Assembly (NCBI GenBank): GCA_043798215.1
Contig: JAZDOX010000087.1
Location: 1-51,023 of the forward strand
Reading direction: 5' to 3'
Source: Candidatus Omnitrophota bacterium
GTDB lineage: Bacteria > Omnitrophota > Gorgyraeia > Pluralincolimonadales > Pluralincolimonadaceae
Length of the DNA: 51,023 nucleotides
Below, piece after piece: positions 29,587-39,100 of the stretch (the stretch's first letter is position 1; each line of letters starts with the position of its first letter). A model generated the notes under the pieces. It was not told where the DNA came from. It saw nothing but the letters and a program-made list of their open reading frames with translations, and searched no databases. The translations under genes were made by a program, and so were the position numbers.

Positions 29587-31572
29587 ATGATATTGCCGGA
29601 TTGCCCCATTGGGCTGACGCCTGAAGCCGCTGAACACGCGATTGATCCGGTGGAGTTTTTCGGAAAAGAAGGTTGTTTATCCAAATCATTCAAAGGCTAC
29701 GAATACCGTCCTCAACAGCTCAAAATGGCGGAAGTCGTCTCCGAGGCGATGAAAAACCGCGCCCATCTTTTAGCCGAGGCCGGCACCGGCATAGGAAAAT
29801 CTTTTGCCTATCTTATCCCCGCTATAGCGTTCTCGCGCTCTATCAATAAAAAAACGATTATTTCCACAAATACTATAAGCCTTCAGGAGCAATTATTTTA
29901 TAAAGATATTCCGCTTTTAAGGGATGTCTCCTATTTCGATGTTAAATTTTGCTTAGTTAAAGGCCGCTCGAATTATCTCTGCTTAAGAAGGATGAACCGC
30001 GTTCTTTCGGCCAAGACGGATCTCTTCGAGTCGGAGGAAGAGATAACTCAAATGAAAAGGGTGCTGGCTTGGTCAAAGATTACTCTTGAGGGATCGCTTT
30101 CGGATCTTGAGCGTCAACCCGGCGCGAAGATGTGGGAAAAGGTCTGCTGCGAAAACGATACCTGTCTTGGGAAGAAATGCCCTTACAGGCAGGAATGTTT
30201 TTTTCAGAAGGCAAGGCAGGCTATGCGCGCCGCCGATATCCTTGTTGTCAATCACCACCTATTTTTCTCCGATTTGGCGCTTCGCAGAACCGGGGCCGGT
30301 TTACTGCCGGAATACGATTGCGTTATCTTTGACGAGGCCCATATGATGGAGGATGTTGCCACCGAGCATCTGGGCTTAGAGGTGTCCAATTACAGACTTA
30401 AATACCTGCTGGACTTGATCTATAGTTCTTACAGAAAAAAAGGCATTCTTGCGGCGCTTAAATATGAAAGGATAACGCGGGCGATATCCGAATTAAGGGC
30501 TGTTGCAGATATTTTCTTTGGTTCTGTCCTTGACTGGCTTGGAGAGAATAGCTCAAGGCGGGTAAGAGAGCCTCATTTTGTGGATAATGTCATATCCGCG
30601 CCTTTGGAAGAGTTATCCTCTTCTTTGAGCGAAAAGCTGAAGTTATCGCCATCGAAAGAAGAAGAACTTGACATAAAGCATTATATCAAAATGATCTCGG
30701 CGATAAATCAGGCGCTTTTGGCGTTTCTCTCTCAGGATATGAAAGGATATGTTTACTGGGTCGAGTCGGCCGCGAAGAGAAAGAAGAAGGTCTCGCTATT
30801 CTGCGCGCCAATCGGCGTAAATGAGATATTGGATGAGGCGCTCTTCTCGAAGGCGATAACCGTGATTCTTGCCAGCGCGACTCTTTCGACGGGAGGGAAT
30901 TTCGAGTATCTTAAAAAAAGGCTTGGGATAAAGCGGTGCGCGGAGGCGCTGCTCGATTCCCCATTTGACTATAAAAATCAGGTAAAGATTTACATCTCCA
31001 AAGATATGCCGGATCCGAATGAATACGAGGCGTATAAGGAAGCTGTTTTCGAAAAGCTGAAAGATTATATCTCGCGCACCGAAGGCAAGGCGCTGGTATT
31101 GTTCACGAATTACAGGCTTATGGATGAGATTTACGCGAGGATAAAGGATCCTCTTCTGGATTTGGGTATTCCCTCTTTTAAGCAGGGGGAGGGCTTGCCC
31201 CGGACGAAGATGATAGAGGCTTTCAAACGGGACGTAAACTCTGTTTTGTTTGGAGTCGAGTCATTCTGGACAGGGGTTGATCTTTCCGGCGAGACATTAA
31301 GCAATGTTATAATAACGCGGCTTCCTTTCTCGGTCCCGGATCATCCTATTGTTGAAGCCAGAATGGAGAATATCAAGCGAAATGGCGGCGAGCCTTTTTA
31401 CGATTACAGCCTTCCGCAGGCTATCTTAAGGCTAAAGCAGGGTTTTGGGCGGCTTATACGCTCGAAGGCCGACAAGGGGATAGTCGTTATTCTTGACAGC
31501 AGGATTTTGCGCAAGCCCTACGGCAAAAAATTTCTCTCGGCCCTTCCCGAATGCGAGATAATAGTGGAATAG
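29587..31572 (+). CDS. DinG/YoaA-family Fe-S DNA helicase
   Basis: EAGTGIGKS, KGRSNYLC, Fe-S cysteines, DEAH, SATL, QGFGRLIR. Confidence 0.95.
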   Translation: MILPDCPIGLTPEAAEHAIDPVEFFGKEGCLSKSFKGYEYRPQQLKMAEVVSEAMKNRAHLLAEAGTGIGKSFAYLIPAIAFSRSINKKTIISTNTISLQEQLFYKDIPLLRDVSYFDVKFCLVKGRSNYLCLRRMNRVLSAKTDLFESEEEITQMKRVLAWSKITLEGSLSDLERQPGAKMWEKVCCENDTCLGKKCPYRQECFFQKARQAMRAADILVVNHHLFFSDLALRRTGAGLLPEYDCVIFDEAHMMEDVATEHLGLEVSNYRLKYLLDLIYSSYRKKGILAALKYERITRAISELRAVADIFFGSVLDWLGENSSRRVREPHFVDNVISAPLEELSSSLSEKLKLSPSKEEELDIKHYIKMISAINQALLAFLSQDMKGYVYWVESAAKRKKKVSLFCAPIGVNEILDEALFSKAITVILASATLSTGGNFEYLKKRLGIKRCAEALLDSPFDYKNQVKIYISKDMPDPNEYEAYKEAVFEKLKDYISRTEGKALVLFTNYRLMDEIYARIKDPLLDLGIPSFKQGEGLPRTKMIEAFKRDVNSVLFGVESFWTGVDLSGETLSNVIITRLPFSVPDHPIVEARMENIKRNGGEPFYDYSLPQAILRLKQGFGRLIRSKADKGIVVILDSRILRKPYGKKFLSALPECEIIVE

Positions 31573-31599
31573 CGGACACGCCTGTCCATCTCGTTAATG

Positions 31600-31698
31600 C
31601 TTGAAATTTAAGTCTCGCTTGGCCTTGCTTTATTACTCGCTTAAAGTAAAAACCAGCTGCGTCATAAATCGGCTCTGCGCTCAACATTAAATTTCAAG
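31600..31698. mobile_element. MITE family B, copy 2 (empty form, no inserts)
   Basis: TIR cttgaaatttaa/ttaaatttcaag; reverse-complement homologue of 20430-20574. Confidence 0.88.
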
Positions 31699-31700
31699 CC

Positions 31701-31732
31701 GTACAGGGGTCAGGCATGCCTGACCCCTGTAC
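31701..31732. repeat. Perfect 32-bp palindrome (REP-like)
   Basis: gtacaggggtcaggca|tgcctgacccctgtac. Confidence 0.85.
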
Positions 31733-31757
31733 ACGATACCGTGGCGGCCGACCTCCC

Positions 31758-31873
31758 AGACTGTGTCGCAATCTCTTTTTTCCGCTAACTGCGTCAACAT
31801 ATTGTAGTTGCCCAATTCATTGGGCAGATATATTGTGCTTGATGAATCGAGCGGCTACATTATGACACAGTCT
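31758..31873. mobile_element. MITE family A, copy 2 (reverse orientation)
   Basis: agactgtgtc...gacacagtct; internal gcccaattcattgggc and gcttgatgaatcgagc hairpins. Confidence 0.85.
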
Positions 31874-31993
31874 CTTCGCGTCGGCCCGTCCGTTGGAATT
31901 TGTGTTGAAAAATCGACTTAGGGTGTTATACTGTAACGGTAGGATAGTAAGTGACATAAAAAACGAATTTTGTATTATTTAGAGGGGGATAAA

Positions 31994-32281
31994 ATGAGAA
32001 TATTATTGGCAGCTATCATTGCTTCTATATTTTTAGTCGGGTGCGGAAAATTAGAATCTAAGAGGTATGAAGTGAAAAATATAAAATTACCCTATAGGTC
32101 AATAGACGGAATTAATACAAAAATAGATGTGATCGAGGAAGTTATTAAGGTGGATACAAGAACTGGTCAAATATGGAAACTGCAGCATGGTCAAAGCAAT
32201 GTAACAGGAGGAGAGTTATGCGAGTTTAGTATGTGGGATGAATTAGGTAAAACTTATAGAACTACGAAACTGGGAAAATAA
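31994..32281 (+). CDS. Small lipoprotein, function unknown
   Basis: MRILLAAIIASIFLVGC lipobox; IKVDTRTGQIW; RBS gagggg. Confidence 0.75.
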   Translation: MRILLAAIIASIFLVGCGKLESKRYEVKNIKLPYRSIDGINTKIDVIEEVIKVDTRTGQIWKLQHGQSNVTGGELCEFSMWDELGKTYRTTKLGK

Positions 32282-32282
32282 G

Positions 32283-32834
32283 ATGACGGGCAGAGAAAAA
32301 CTATTACGACGAGTTGGGTTGAAATGTGCTGATTTCGCACGCCAACTTTCTTACCATCGTGCTCTCTGTGACTTTAAAGAATCAAGAAGGTTATTTTTTT
32401 GGATTTCTATGTATAACAATGCCATAGACTTGGCAGTATTGGATTGGTTCCATTTATTTGGCTACCACAACGATGATTTGCATTGGAAAAAAGTAGTAAA
32501 CGATATTAATAGTTTCAGAGGTAGGTTGCTTTCTTGTCTTCGATTTACCCAAAATGAATGGGAGGATTACCGGAAAACGATAAAAACATACAGAGACAAA
32601 GATGTGGCCCATATAGAAGTTCGTCCAATTAGCCATGTGCCAGAAATGTCCGATGCCCTTAAAGCGGCAGATATTTATTACAAGGAAGTACTAACAGAAT
32701 TGAAAAATTACCCCGATTACGCTAAGTGGCCAGTTGATTTACTTGTATATCATAACGATAGTTTATGTCAATCAAAGACAATAGCTAGGGCAGCCTGTGG
32801 GGTGACAGCCGATCTTGTTGAAAAAGTGCATTAA
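32283..32834 (+). CDS. Putative HEPN (AbiU2-like) protein
   Basis: Helical 183 aa with YRDKDVAH (R-x5-H); AT-richer than the flanking core genes. Confidence 0.6.
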   Translation: MTGREKLLRRVGLKCADFARQLSYHRALCDFKESRRLFFWISMYNNAIDLAVLDWFHLFGYHNDDLHWKKVVNDINSFRGRLLSCLRFTQNEWEDYRKTIKTYRDKDVAHIEVRPISHVPEMSDALKAADIYYKEVLTELKNYPDYAKWPVDLLVYHNDSLCQSKTIARAACGVTADLVEKVH

Positions 32835-33094
32835 GAGAATAAAAGGAACGCGTCAAAAAAGAAACAGAGGCCAGATTATACGCGTCTTTTCGCGGCGCGT
32901 ACGGAAATTTTTGCGGCTCGGATTCCGCCGCATTAGCTGGAAGCGGAACGCAAAAATTTACGCCGAGTGAGGATTGCCGCAGGAGCAAGCCGAACGTCGG
33001 CGCGAAAAGATGCGCGCGAAGGGTCCGCGAAGCAAGCGGTGCAGCAAAGATAAAAATCGACATTTTAAGTGAGGTATTAAATTTCAAGGTAATA

Positions 33095-33574
33095 GGGCGA
33101 CCGCAAGGGTCGCCCCTACGTATAAAATTTTGGTGCAAACAAATCAATAGCGATATGTAGGGGATGGGCTTGCCCCATCCCGAGATAAATACAATCGAAG
33201 CATTGAGAAATAACGGCGTGTCTGGGTAACGGTAACGGGACGTTTTCAAAATTAAAGCTGGATATATCTCAAAATAATCTCGGCATGTTCCACTCGTAGG
33301 GGCGAGGTTGCCTCGCCCGAATGAAAATATAAACGATAAAGTAATTGGGCGCGAAGACCGCGCCCCTACATTTCATATCTGTCTATTGGCGCACATACAA
33401 TAGTCATAATTAAAACGCCGTTGTAGGGGACGACCTCTCGCCAGACTTCGCCGAACTCTGGCGAGAGATCCGCCCCTACAGCGCGATTATGTTTGTCAAA
33501 TATAATTCAACGGTTTAAGATGAAAATAATCCTATGAATTATAAAGTGGCGGTTCAGGCAGGCCCGAACCCTAC
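33095..33574. repeat. Cluster of about 7 divergent GTAG-type REP palindromes in both orientations
   Basis: Units at 33095-33119, 33157-33181, 33296-33318, 33347-33369, 33423-33479 (double) and 33551-33574, all with gtaggg/ccctac ends. Confidence 0.85.
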
Positions 33575-33591
33575 ACACTTTCAAAATTTTC

Positions 33592-33620
33592 TTGACAAAT
33601 AATTTTTGCTATGTTATAGT
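33592..33620 (+). promoter_or_regulatory. Sigma70 promoter
   Basis: TTGACA-17 nt-TATAGT with extended -10 TG. Confidence 0.75.
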
Positions 33621-33659
33621 TTCGTCAAGATGATGACAGAGAGGGGGTGACATAAGATT

Positions 33660-34022
33660 ATGTTCAAACACAGTCTATGTAAGAAGGTAGTAGTTCTCTT
33701 TGTGATATCATTAATGCTCGGAATGGCAATGCCCAGTTACGCCGATAGCTCCATGTCCCCGGCAAACAGCAATAACGCGGGCGGTAAACTACGAAGAGGC
33801 TTAGCAAACTTTGCGACAGGCTGGGTTGAAATACCTATTGCCATGGATAAGGCGATAAAGGAAAGCAACCCGGTTTTCGGAGTTGTGGTGGGAACGGTAA
33901 AGGGAACGGTAAAGGGAATTGTCAGAACAGCCGCGGGTGTATTTGATACTGTTACGTTTCCAGTTCCTCCATATAGCAAAACATGGATAACTCCTGAATT
34001 TATTGGACAACCAACAAATTAA
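33660..34022 (+). CDS. Exosortase-system-associated protein (TIGR04073-like)
   Basis: Signal peptide, KLRRGLANFATGWVEIP, G-rich helices, GVFDTVTFPVP. Confidence 0.75.
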   Translation: MFKHSLCKKVVVLFVISLMLGMAMPSYADSSMSPANSNNAGGKLRRGLANFATGWVEIPIAMDKAIKESNPVFGVVVGTVKGTVKGIVRTAAGVFDTVTFPVPPYSKTWITPEFIGQPTN

Positions 34023-34060
34023 AATTAAGTCAGCCATAGTTCTATTAAAAGACCTTATAT

Positions 34061-34096
34061 AAAAAGAGGGACGGAAGTGATTCCGTTCCTCTTTTT
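34061..34096. terminator. Intrinsic terminator, potentially bidirectional
   Basis: aaaaagagggacggaa-gtga-ttccgttcctcttttt. Confidence 0.8.
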
Positions 34097-34122
34097 ATAT
34101 GTGTTATACTAAAATTAAAGTT

Positions 34123-34584
34123 ATGAGAAGAAAATTTCCGAATATTCTTCAGATAAGCATAGTAGCCTTTGTTTTGACATTTTCCGCCGCTGGTTGCGCC
34201 ACAACCGGTTACAATGTCTCAAGTGACTCAGTGTCTGAAAAAAGTTTGACCGTTTCAAATGTTTTAAGATTTGACGATATTCCCGTTCCGGCGGGTTTTG
34301 TTGTCATTTCAAACGAATCCTTCATATTTCAGACAGAGAATCTCAGGGCCGGTGTACTAAGATATGCGGGCAAGGCAAGCCCTGATTTGACTATGCAGTT
34401 CTACAAGGAGCAGATGCCCGCTTATAATTGGCAATCCATAAATACCATTGAATTCGGAAAAAAACAATTGACTTTTGAAAAGACAGGTCAAAACTGCGTT
34501 GTCACAATAGAAGGGACAAGATCAAAGTCCGTGATAACCATATCCGTAGGGCCTAAATCCGAAAAAACCAAGGTCATTAGGTAG
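34123..34584 (+). CDS. Hypothetical lipoprotein
   Basis: AAGC lipobox; LRFDDIPVPAGF, FYKEQMPAYNW. Confidence 0.8.
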   Translation: MRRKFPNILQISIVAFVLTFSAAGCATTGYNVSSDSVSEKSLTVSNVLRFDDIPVPAGFVVISNESFIFQTENLRAGVLRYAGKASPDLTMQFYKEQMPAYNWQSINTIEFGKKQLTFEKTGQNCVVTIEGTRSKSVITISVGPKSEKTKVIR

Positions 34585-34687
34585 CCTCCTCCAATCAGCT
34601 TCAATAAAAAACACGCGTTAAGGTATTTTGTCAAAAGATAGTACATTGTAATATTAATTCAGGTAGCTCCCTGAGACAGCAAGCGCT

Positions 34688-34836
34688 TATTCTTCGAGTG
34701 AACTCTCCGTAGGCCTGCCTGCCGGTAGGCAGGGAGTGAGTCGAGAAGTTCTGCTGTTGTCCCTGTCTGCGTGCCACGCACAGGCAGGCATATTCGTAGT
34801 TCTCGACTCGGCCAATGGCCTCGCTCGAACAGTATA
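34688..34836. repeat. TCGAG-type palindromic doublet with two nested CCTG micro-palindromes
   Basis: tattcttcgag...agtcgagaa / ttctcgactc...ctcgaacagta; inserts at 34714-34733 and 34762-34788; related to 46365-46438. Confidence 0.75.
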
Positions 34837-34984
34837 AAATTTATGTTACAATGCGCCATTCGTAAAAATTTTTATTACATTCTTTCCCTCGATTTTCGCT
34901 TAAATATTTTTAAGTTGATAAATAAAGTAAAAATGAGATATACTATAATTTACAGTTGAATTTTCAACAAAGGGGGATGGAAAA

Positions 34985-35935
34985 ATGCAAAAAAAGATTG
35001 TATTTTTTTCGTTATTTTTATTGATAGTTTGCGCTGTTATGGTTTTTACGCAGTGGGCGGCTGCCGATGTCATCACACTAAAAGACGGAAGAAAAATAGA
35101 AGGGTCCATTCTTAAGGAACAAGCCGATTCTTACATTGTTAAGATTAAAATAGGCACAATAACCGTTGACAAGTCTATGATTGAGAGCGCCAGGAGGATG
35201 TCCGATGAAGAAAATTACGTGGCCGCGGGAGACCGGTATCTCGACTCCGAAAATTATGACGAGGCCTTAGCGCAGTATAAAAAAGCTTTGAATATCAGTC
35301 CAGATTTTCAGCCGGCGAAAGATGGCGCTGAAAGATCCGAGAGAATAAAGAGGATAGCCGAAGATAAGAAACAAAAAGAACTTGAGAGCAAAAAGAGAGA
35401 ATTGTTGGATAAACAGAAGGTTATTGCGAAGACTTTTGGTTTTGAGTTAAAAGCAGTTGGCGGACAAAAAGAGATTATTTTTGTGGTCGGAGGCGGCCAA
35501 GCGGATCTAAAGGGCTTGAAGCAAAACGACGTAATTATCCGGATAAACGATTTGCTTGCGGGAAATGAAACGCTTGATAAGATATTGGATTATTTGATCA
35601 GCGGCGAATCGCAAACCTATAATTTTACCGCGCGCAGAGAAGTTATATTGGACAGGAAGAGAATTATTTACCAGAAACGTCCTTTTGCCGGATTGGGGAT
35701 TTTCCTAGAGTCATCGGAAGGAAACTTGGTTATTAGCAGCTTGATTCCATGTGAATCGGCTGAAAAAGCGGGACTAAGACCCTCCGATATAGTAATATCC
35801 GTAAATGGCGAATCTGTGGCCGGGATGCCGCTGGATGAGGTTGTCGGTTTGCTTACGGGAGCTGAATTTTCGAGAGTAACACTTTTGATAGAGCGTGGCG
35901 TTAGCTTAACAAAACAACAGGCGCGCAAAGATTAA
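34985..35935 (+). CDS. Secreted protein with a TPR and PDZ domains
   Basis: Signal peptide, ADVITLKDGRKIEG, TPR (GDRYL...YKKALNISPD), GLGI...AEKAGLRPSDIVISVNG. Confidence 0.8.
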   Translation: MQKKIVFFSLFLLIVCAVMVFTQWAAADVITLKDGRKIEGSILKEQADSYIVKIKIGTITVDKSMIESARRMSDEENYVAAGDRYLDSENYDEALAQYKKALNISPDFQPAKDGAERSERIKRIAEDKKQKELESKKRELLDKQKVIAKTFGFELKAVGGQKEIIFVVGGGQADLKGLKQNDVIIRINDLLAGNETLDKILDYLISGESQTYNFTARREVILDRKRIIYQKRPFAGLGIFLESSEGNLVISSLIPCESAEKAGLRPSDIVISVNGESVAGMPLDEVVGLLTGAEFSRVTLLIERGVSLTKQQARKD

Positions 35936-35984
35936 AGACAGCTTAATGCCGGGGAAAGAAGCGCAACTGCAGGTCAAAACCCTA

Positions 35985-36013
35985 TTGACAAATAAATTAT
36001 CATATGTTAATTT
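35985..36013 (+). promoter_or_regulatory. Sigma70 promoter of smc
   Basis: TTGACA-17 nt-TAATTT with extended TG. Confidence 0.6.
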
Positions 36014-36100
36014 GAGCCTATTATAAAGAACGAGTCTTGGCGCTTCCCGACCGAGACTTCACTCTAGATATAAGCTTTCCTCGGAAGGGAGGATGTTGTT

Positions 36101-39100
36101 TTGCATTTTAAGAGTCTTGAACTTTTTGGATTTAAATCTTTCGCGAATAAAACAGAACTGAATTTTGAACCCGGCGTTACGGCAATTGTAGGCCCAAACG
36201 GCTGCGGCAAATCGAACATTTCCGATGCCATAAAATGGGTTCTCGGAGAAACTTCGGCCCGGGAAGTCCGCGGAATACGAATGGAAGATGTCATATTTAA
36301 CGGCACCGATGGCAAGGAAGCTCTGGGGTTCGCGGAAGTGTCCCTCACGATATCCAACCAGCCAAGAATTCTCCCAACCGAATATGATGAAGTAACGATT
36401 ACCCGCAGAGTTTTCCGTTCAGGAGAAAGCGAATATTTCCTAAATAAATCCCCTGTCAGGCTCAAAGATATCGCGGAGCTTTTTATGGGCACCGGCATCG
36501 GGACATCCACCTATTCTTTAATGGAACAGGGAAGGATAGACCAGCTTCTCGATTCACGCCCGGAAGAGAGGCGCCATGTTTTCGAGGAGGCTGCCGGAAT
36601 CACAAGGTATAAATCAAAGAAGAAAGAGGCGTTAAGAAAGCTTGAACAAACTGAGGCTAATCTCCTGAGAGTAAGCGATGTGATTACGGAGGTCAAGCGC
36701 CAAATAAATTCTATAGAGCGGCAGGCTAATAAAGCCAGGAGATATAAAGAAGATTTCGATAGATTAAAAGAAATGGAAATTCTTTTTTCAGCGCGTGAAT
36801 TCAGGCAAATAAAAGACGAGGAAGGCGGCATATTCTCCGATAAAGACGGTTTATCCGCGAAAGAGGCTGAATCAACGTCTATAATGGCGGATTTAAATTT
36901 ACGGTTGATTTCATTGCGCGAGGATTTGTCGGGAATTGACCATTGCTTTTCCGATTTTAAGGCTAATTTGGTGGATATTGAAGGTCAAATACAGAGAAAC
37001 GGGGATAAACAGTCCTATAACTTCGAGAGAATTTCCGAACTGAATTTAAGGATAGTTGGCTTAGAAAAAGAGATAGCCGCCAATAGACTTAGGGCCTTGG
37101 AGCTTGAGGGTGAAGTATCGCGGTTAAGTTTGGAAGCGGGCTCGTTTAAGACGAACGAGGAACGCAGAAAGATAGAGATCGAAGAAAAAACTATATATCT
37201 CGATACCATAGCCGAATTGATCAAGGCCTGTCAGCTCAATATCGAAAAAGCCAAGATTTCCGTGGTTGATGTGGCGCAGGGACAATCGCGGGTTAAGAAT
37301 GAGCTTACAAAATTAGTGGCCAACATTCAGCATTTGAGCGCGCGCCAAAGAAGGATAGAAGTGGAAAAACGCAAGACAGAGGAGGAGAGCGGCTCTTTCT
37401 TTGATAAGGCGCGGGAATTAACCGGAGTTGTTGAGAACGCTTCCAGAGCCATCGAGGAGTTAAATCAAAATAAAGCGCGCTCGGAAGCAAGCTTAGGCAG
37501 CCTTGAGAACGAGATCTCGGGTCTTGATGGCGAGTCTAAAAATCTTGACTCCGAGATTATGTCAGCCGAATCAAAGCTTAATTTTTTAGAGGAACTTAAG
37601 GCCAAACACGAAGGATTTTCTCTGGGTGTCAAGTCAATATTGGGCGAGGCTCAGAAAGGCGCTGCCGTTTGTGAAGGCGTAGTCGGTGTTCTTGCCGATC
37701 TCATAGAGCCGATTCAGGGTTACGATGCCGCCGTTGAGGCCGCTTTAGGCGAAGCGGTTCAAACTATAGTTGTCAAGGATAAGAGGACGGCTAAACGGCT
37801 GATTGAATTTCTTCGCGAAAACTCATCTGGAAGAGCGACTTTTGTTTCTTTGGAGGACTTGCCGCGCGGGCAGATCGGAACCGACATCCTAAATTACGTT
37901 AAAGCAAACGAAGAAGTAAAATTTGCGCTCGCGTATTTATTGGACGGGACATATTTAGCGGAGGATCTGGAGTCGGCTTTCAACGCTATGTCCGAAAAGT
38001 CCGAGCGGTTAAAGCTGGTTACGAAAAGCGGAGAGGTTGTGGAAAAATATCTTTCGGCAGGGGGAAAAATTCCTGCCGCCGAAGGATTTGGCCTTGTAGG
38101 CAGAGAAACGAAGATAAAGGAACTTAGGATAAACATTGAAAATTTTGAATCGAAGGCGCAGTCGTTAAAAAGCCGTTTAGAAGAGAAGAACAAGGAAAAA
38201 AATACTTTTCAGAGCGAAATAACTTTAATTGCCGAAGGCACGCATAAAGCCCAGATAGAGCTTGCTAATAGAATGAGCGAGAAATCAACGGCGGAGGAAA
38301 CCGTTGCCAAACTAAAAGAGGAAGATTCTCTCCTGTATCTCGAGCTTGAAGAGGTTAAGTCCGAGATAGGCAGCTTGGCATTAAGCGAGGAGCGTTTCAA
38401 AGAAGAGCTTTTACTATTGGATCAAGAAGATTTAAAGGTTCAGTTGGCAGTAAAGGAGAATCAGGATGCGATTTCGCATAAATTAAAGGAAAGAGAGGAC
38501 AGCCTTGTTTTAATAACTCAGCTTAAGACCGAATTGGATTCGCTTAAAGACAGGGAAGAAGCTTTGTTAAGCGCTTTGGGTATGATGAAACGCGCGTTTT
38601 CCGATGAGACGACTGCCATTGAATTCAAACAGGCTCAGATAGAGGAGTCAAGATGCAAGATAAGCGAATTACAGATTGAGTCGGAGGAATTAGTTAAAAT
38701 AAATGATTCCCTGATTATCGAAAAAAACCGCGTTCAGGAGACTTCACAAAAAATTTTTGAAGATCGGAAGAAAGTGACGGAGAATATAATCGACCTTGAG
38801 TCTCGCATAAAACAAACCCAAAAAGAGATCGACGAACTCAAGACCCAGCTTAATACATTAAACGTTAAATCAACTGAGTTTAATTATAAGAAGAGCAGTT
38901 TGCGCGATAGGCTTGTACAAGTATATAAGGTTGAGCTTGACCTTGATCAGATTGCCCTTCCCGATGACTTCAATTGGGATGAAACTTATGAGAAGATGGC
39001 TGTTTTGAGGTCTAAACTTGAACAAATGGGGCCGGTTAATCTTATTGCCATAGAAGAGCATCGCGAGTTGCAGGATAGATATGGTTTTTTAACAACACAA

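Noticed and set aside
32835-33090. Integron attC site after the islet genes
   Set aside because: No RYYYAAC...GTTRRRY boundaries were found and no integron integrase is in the window.
33095-33574. Possible CRISPR array
   Set aside because: The units differ in sequence and orientation, spacing is irregular, and no cas genes are present.
33891-33917. 12-nt tandem repeat ggaacggtaaag
   Set aside because: It encodes GTVK repeats in a glycine-zipper-like helix and preserves the frame.
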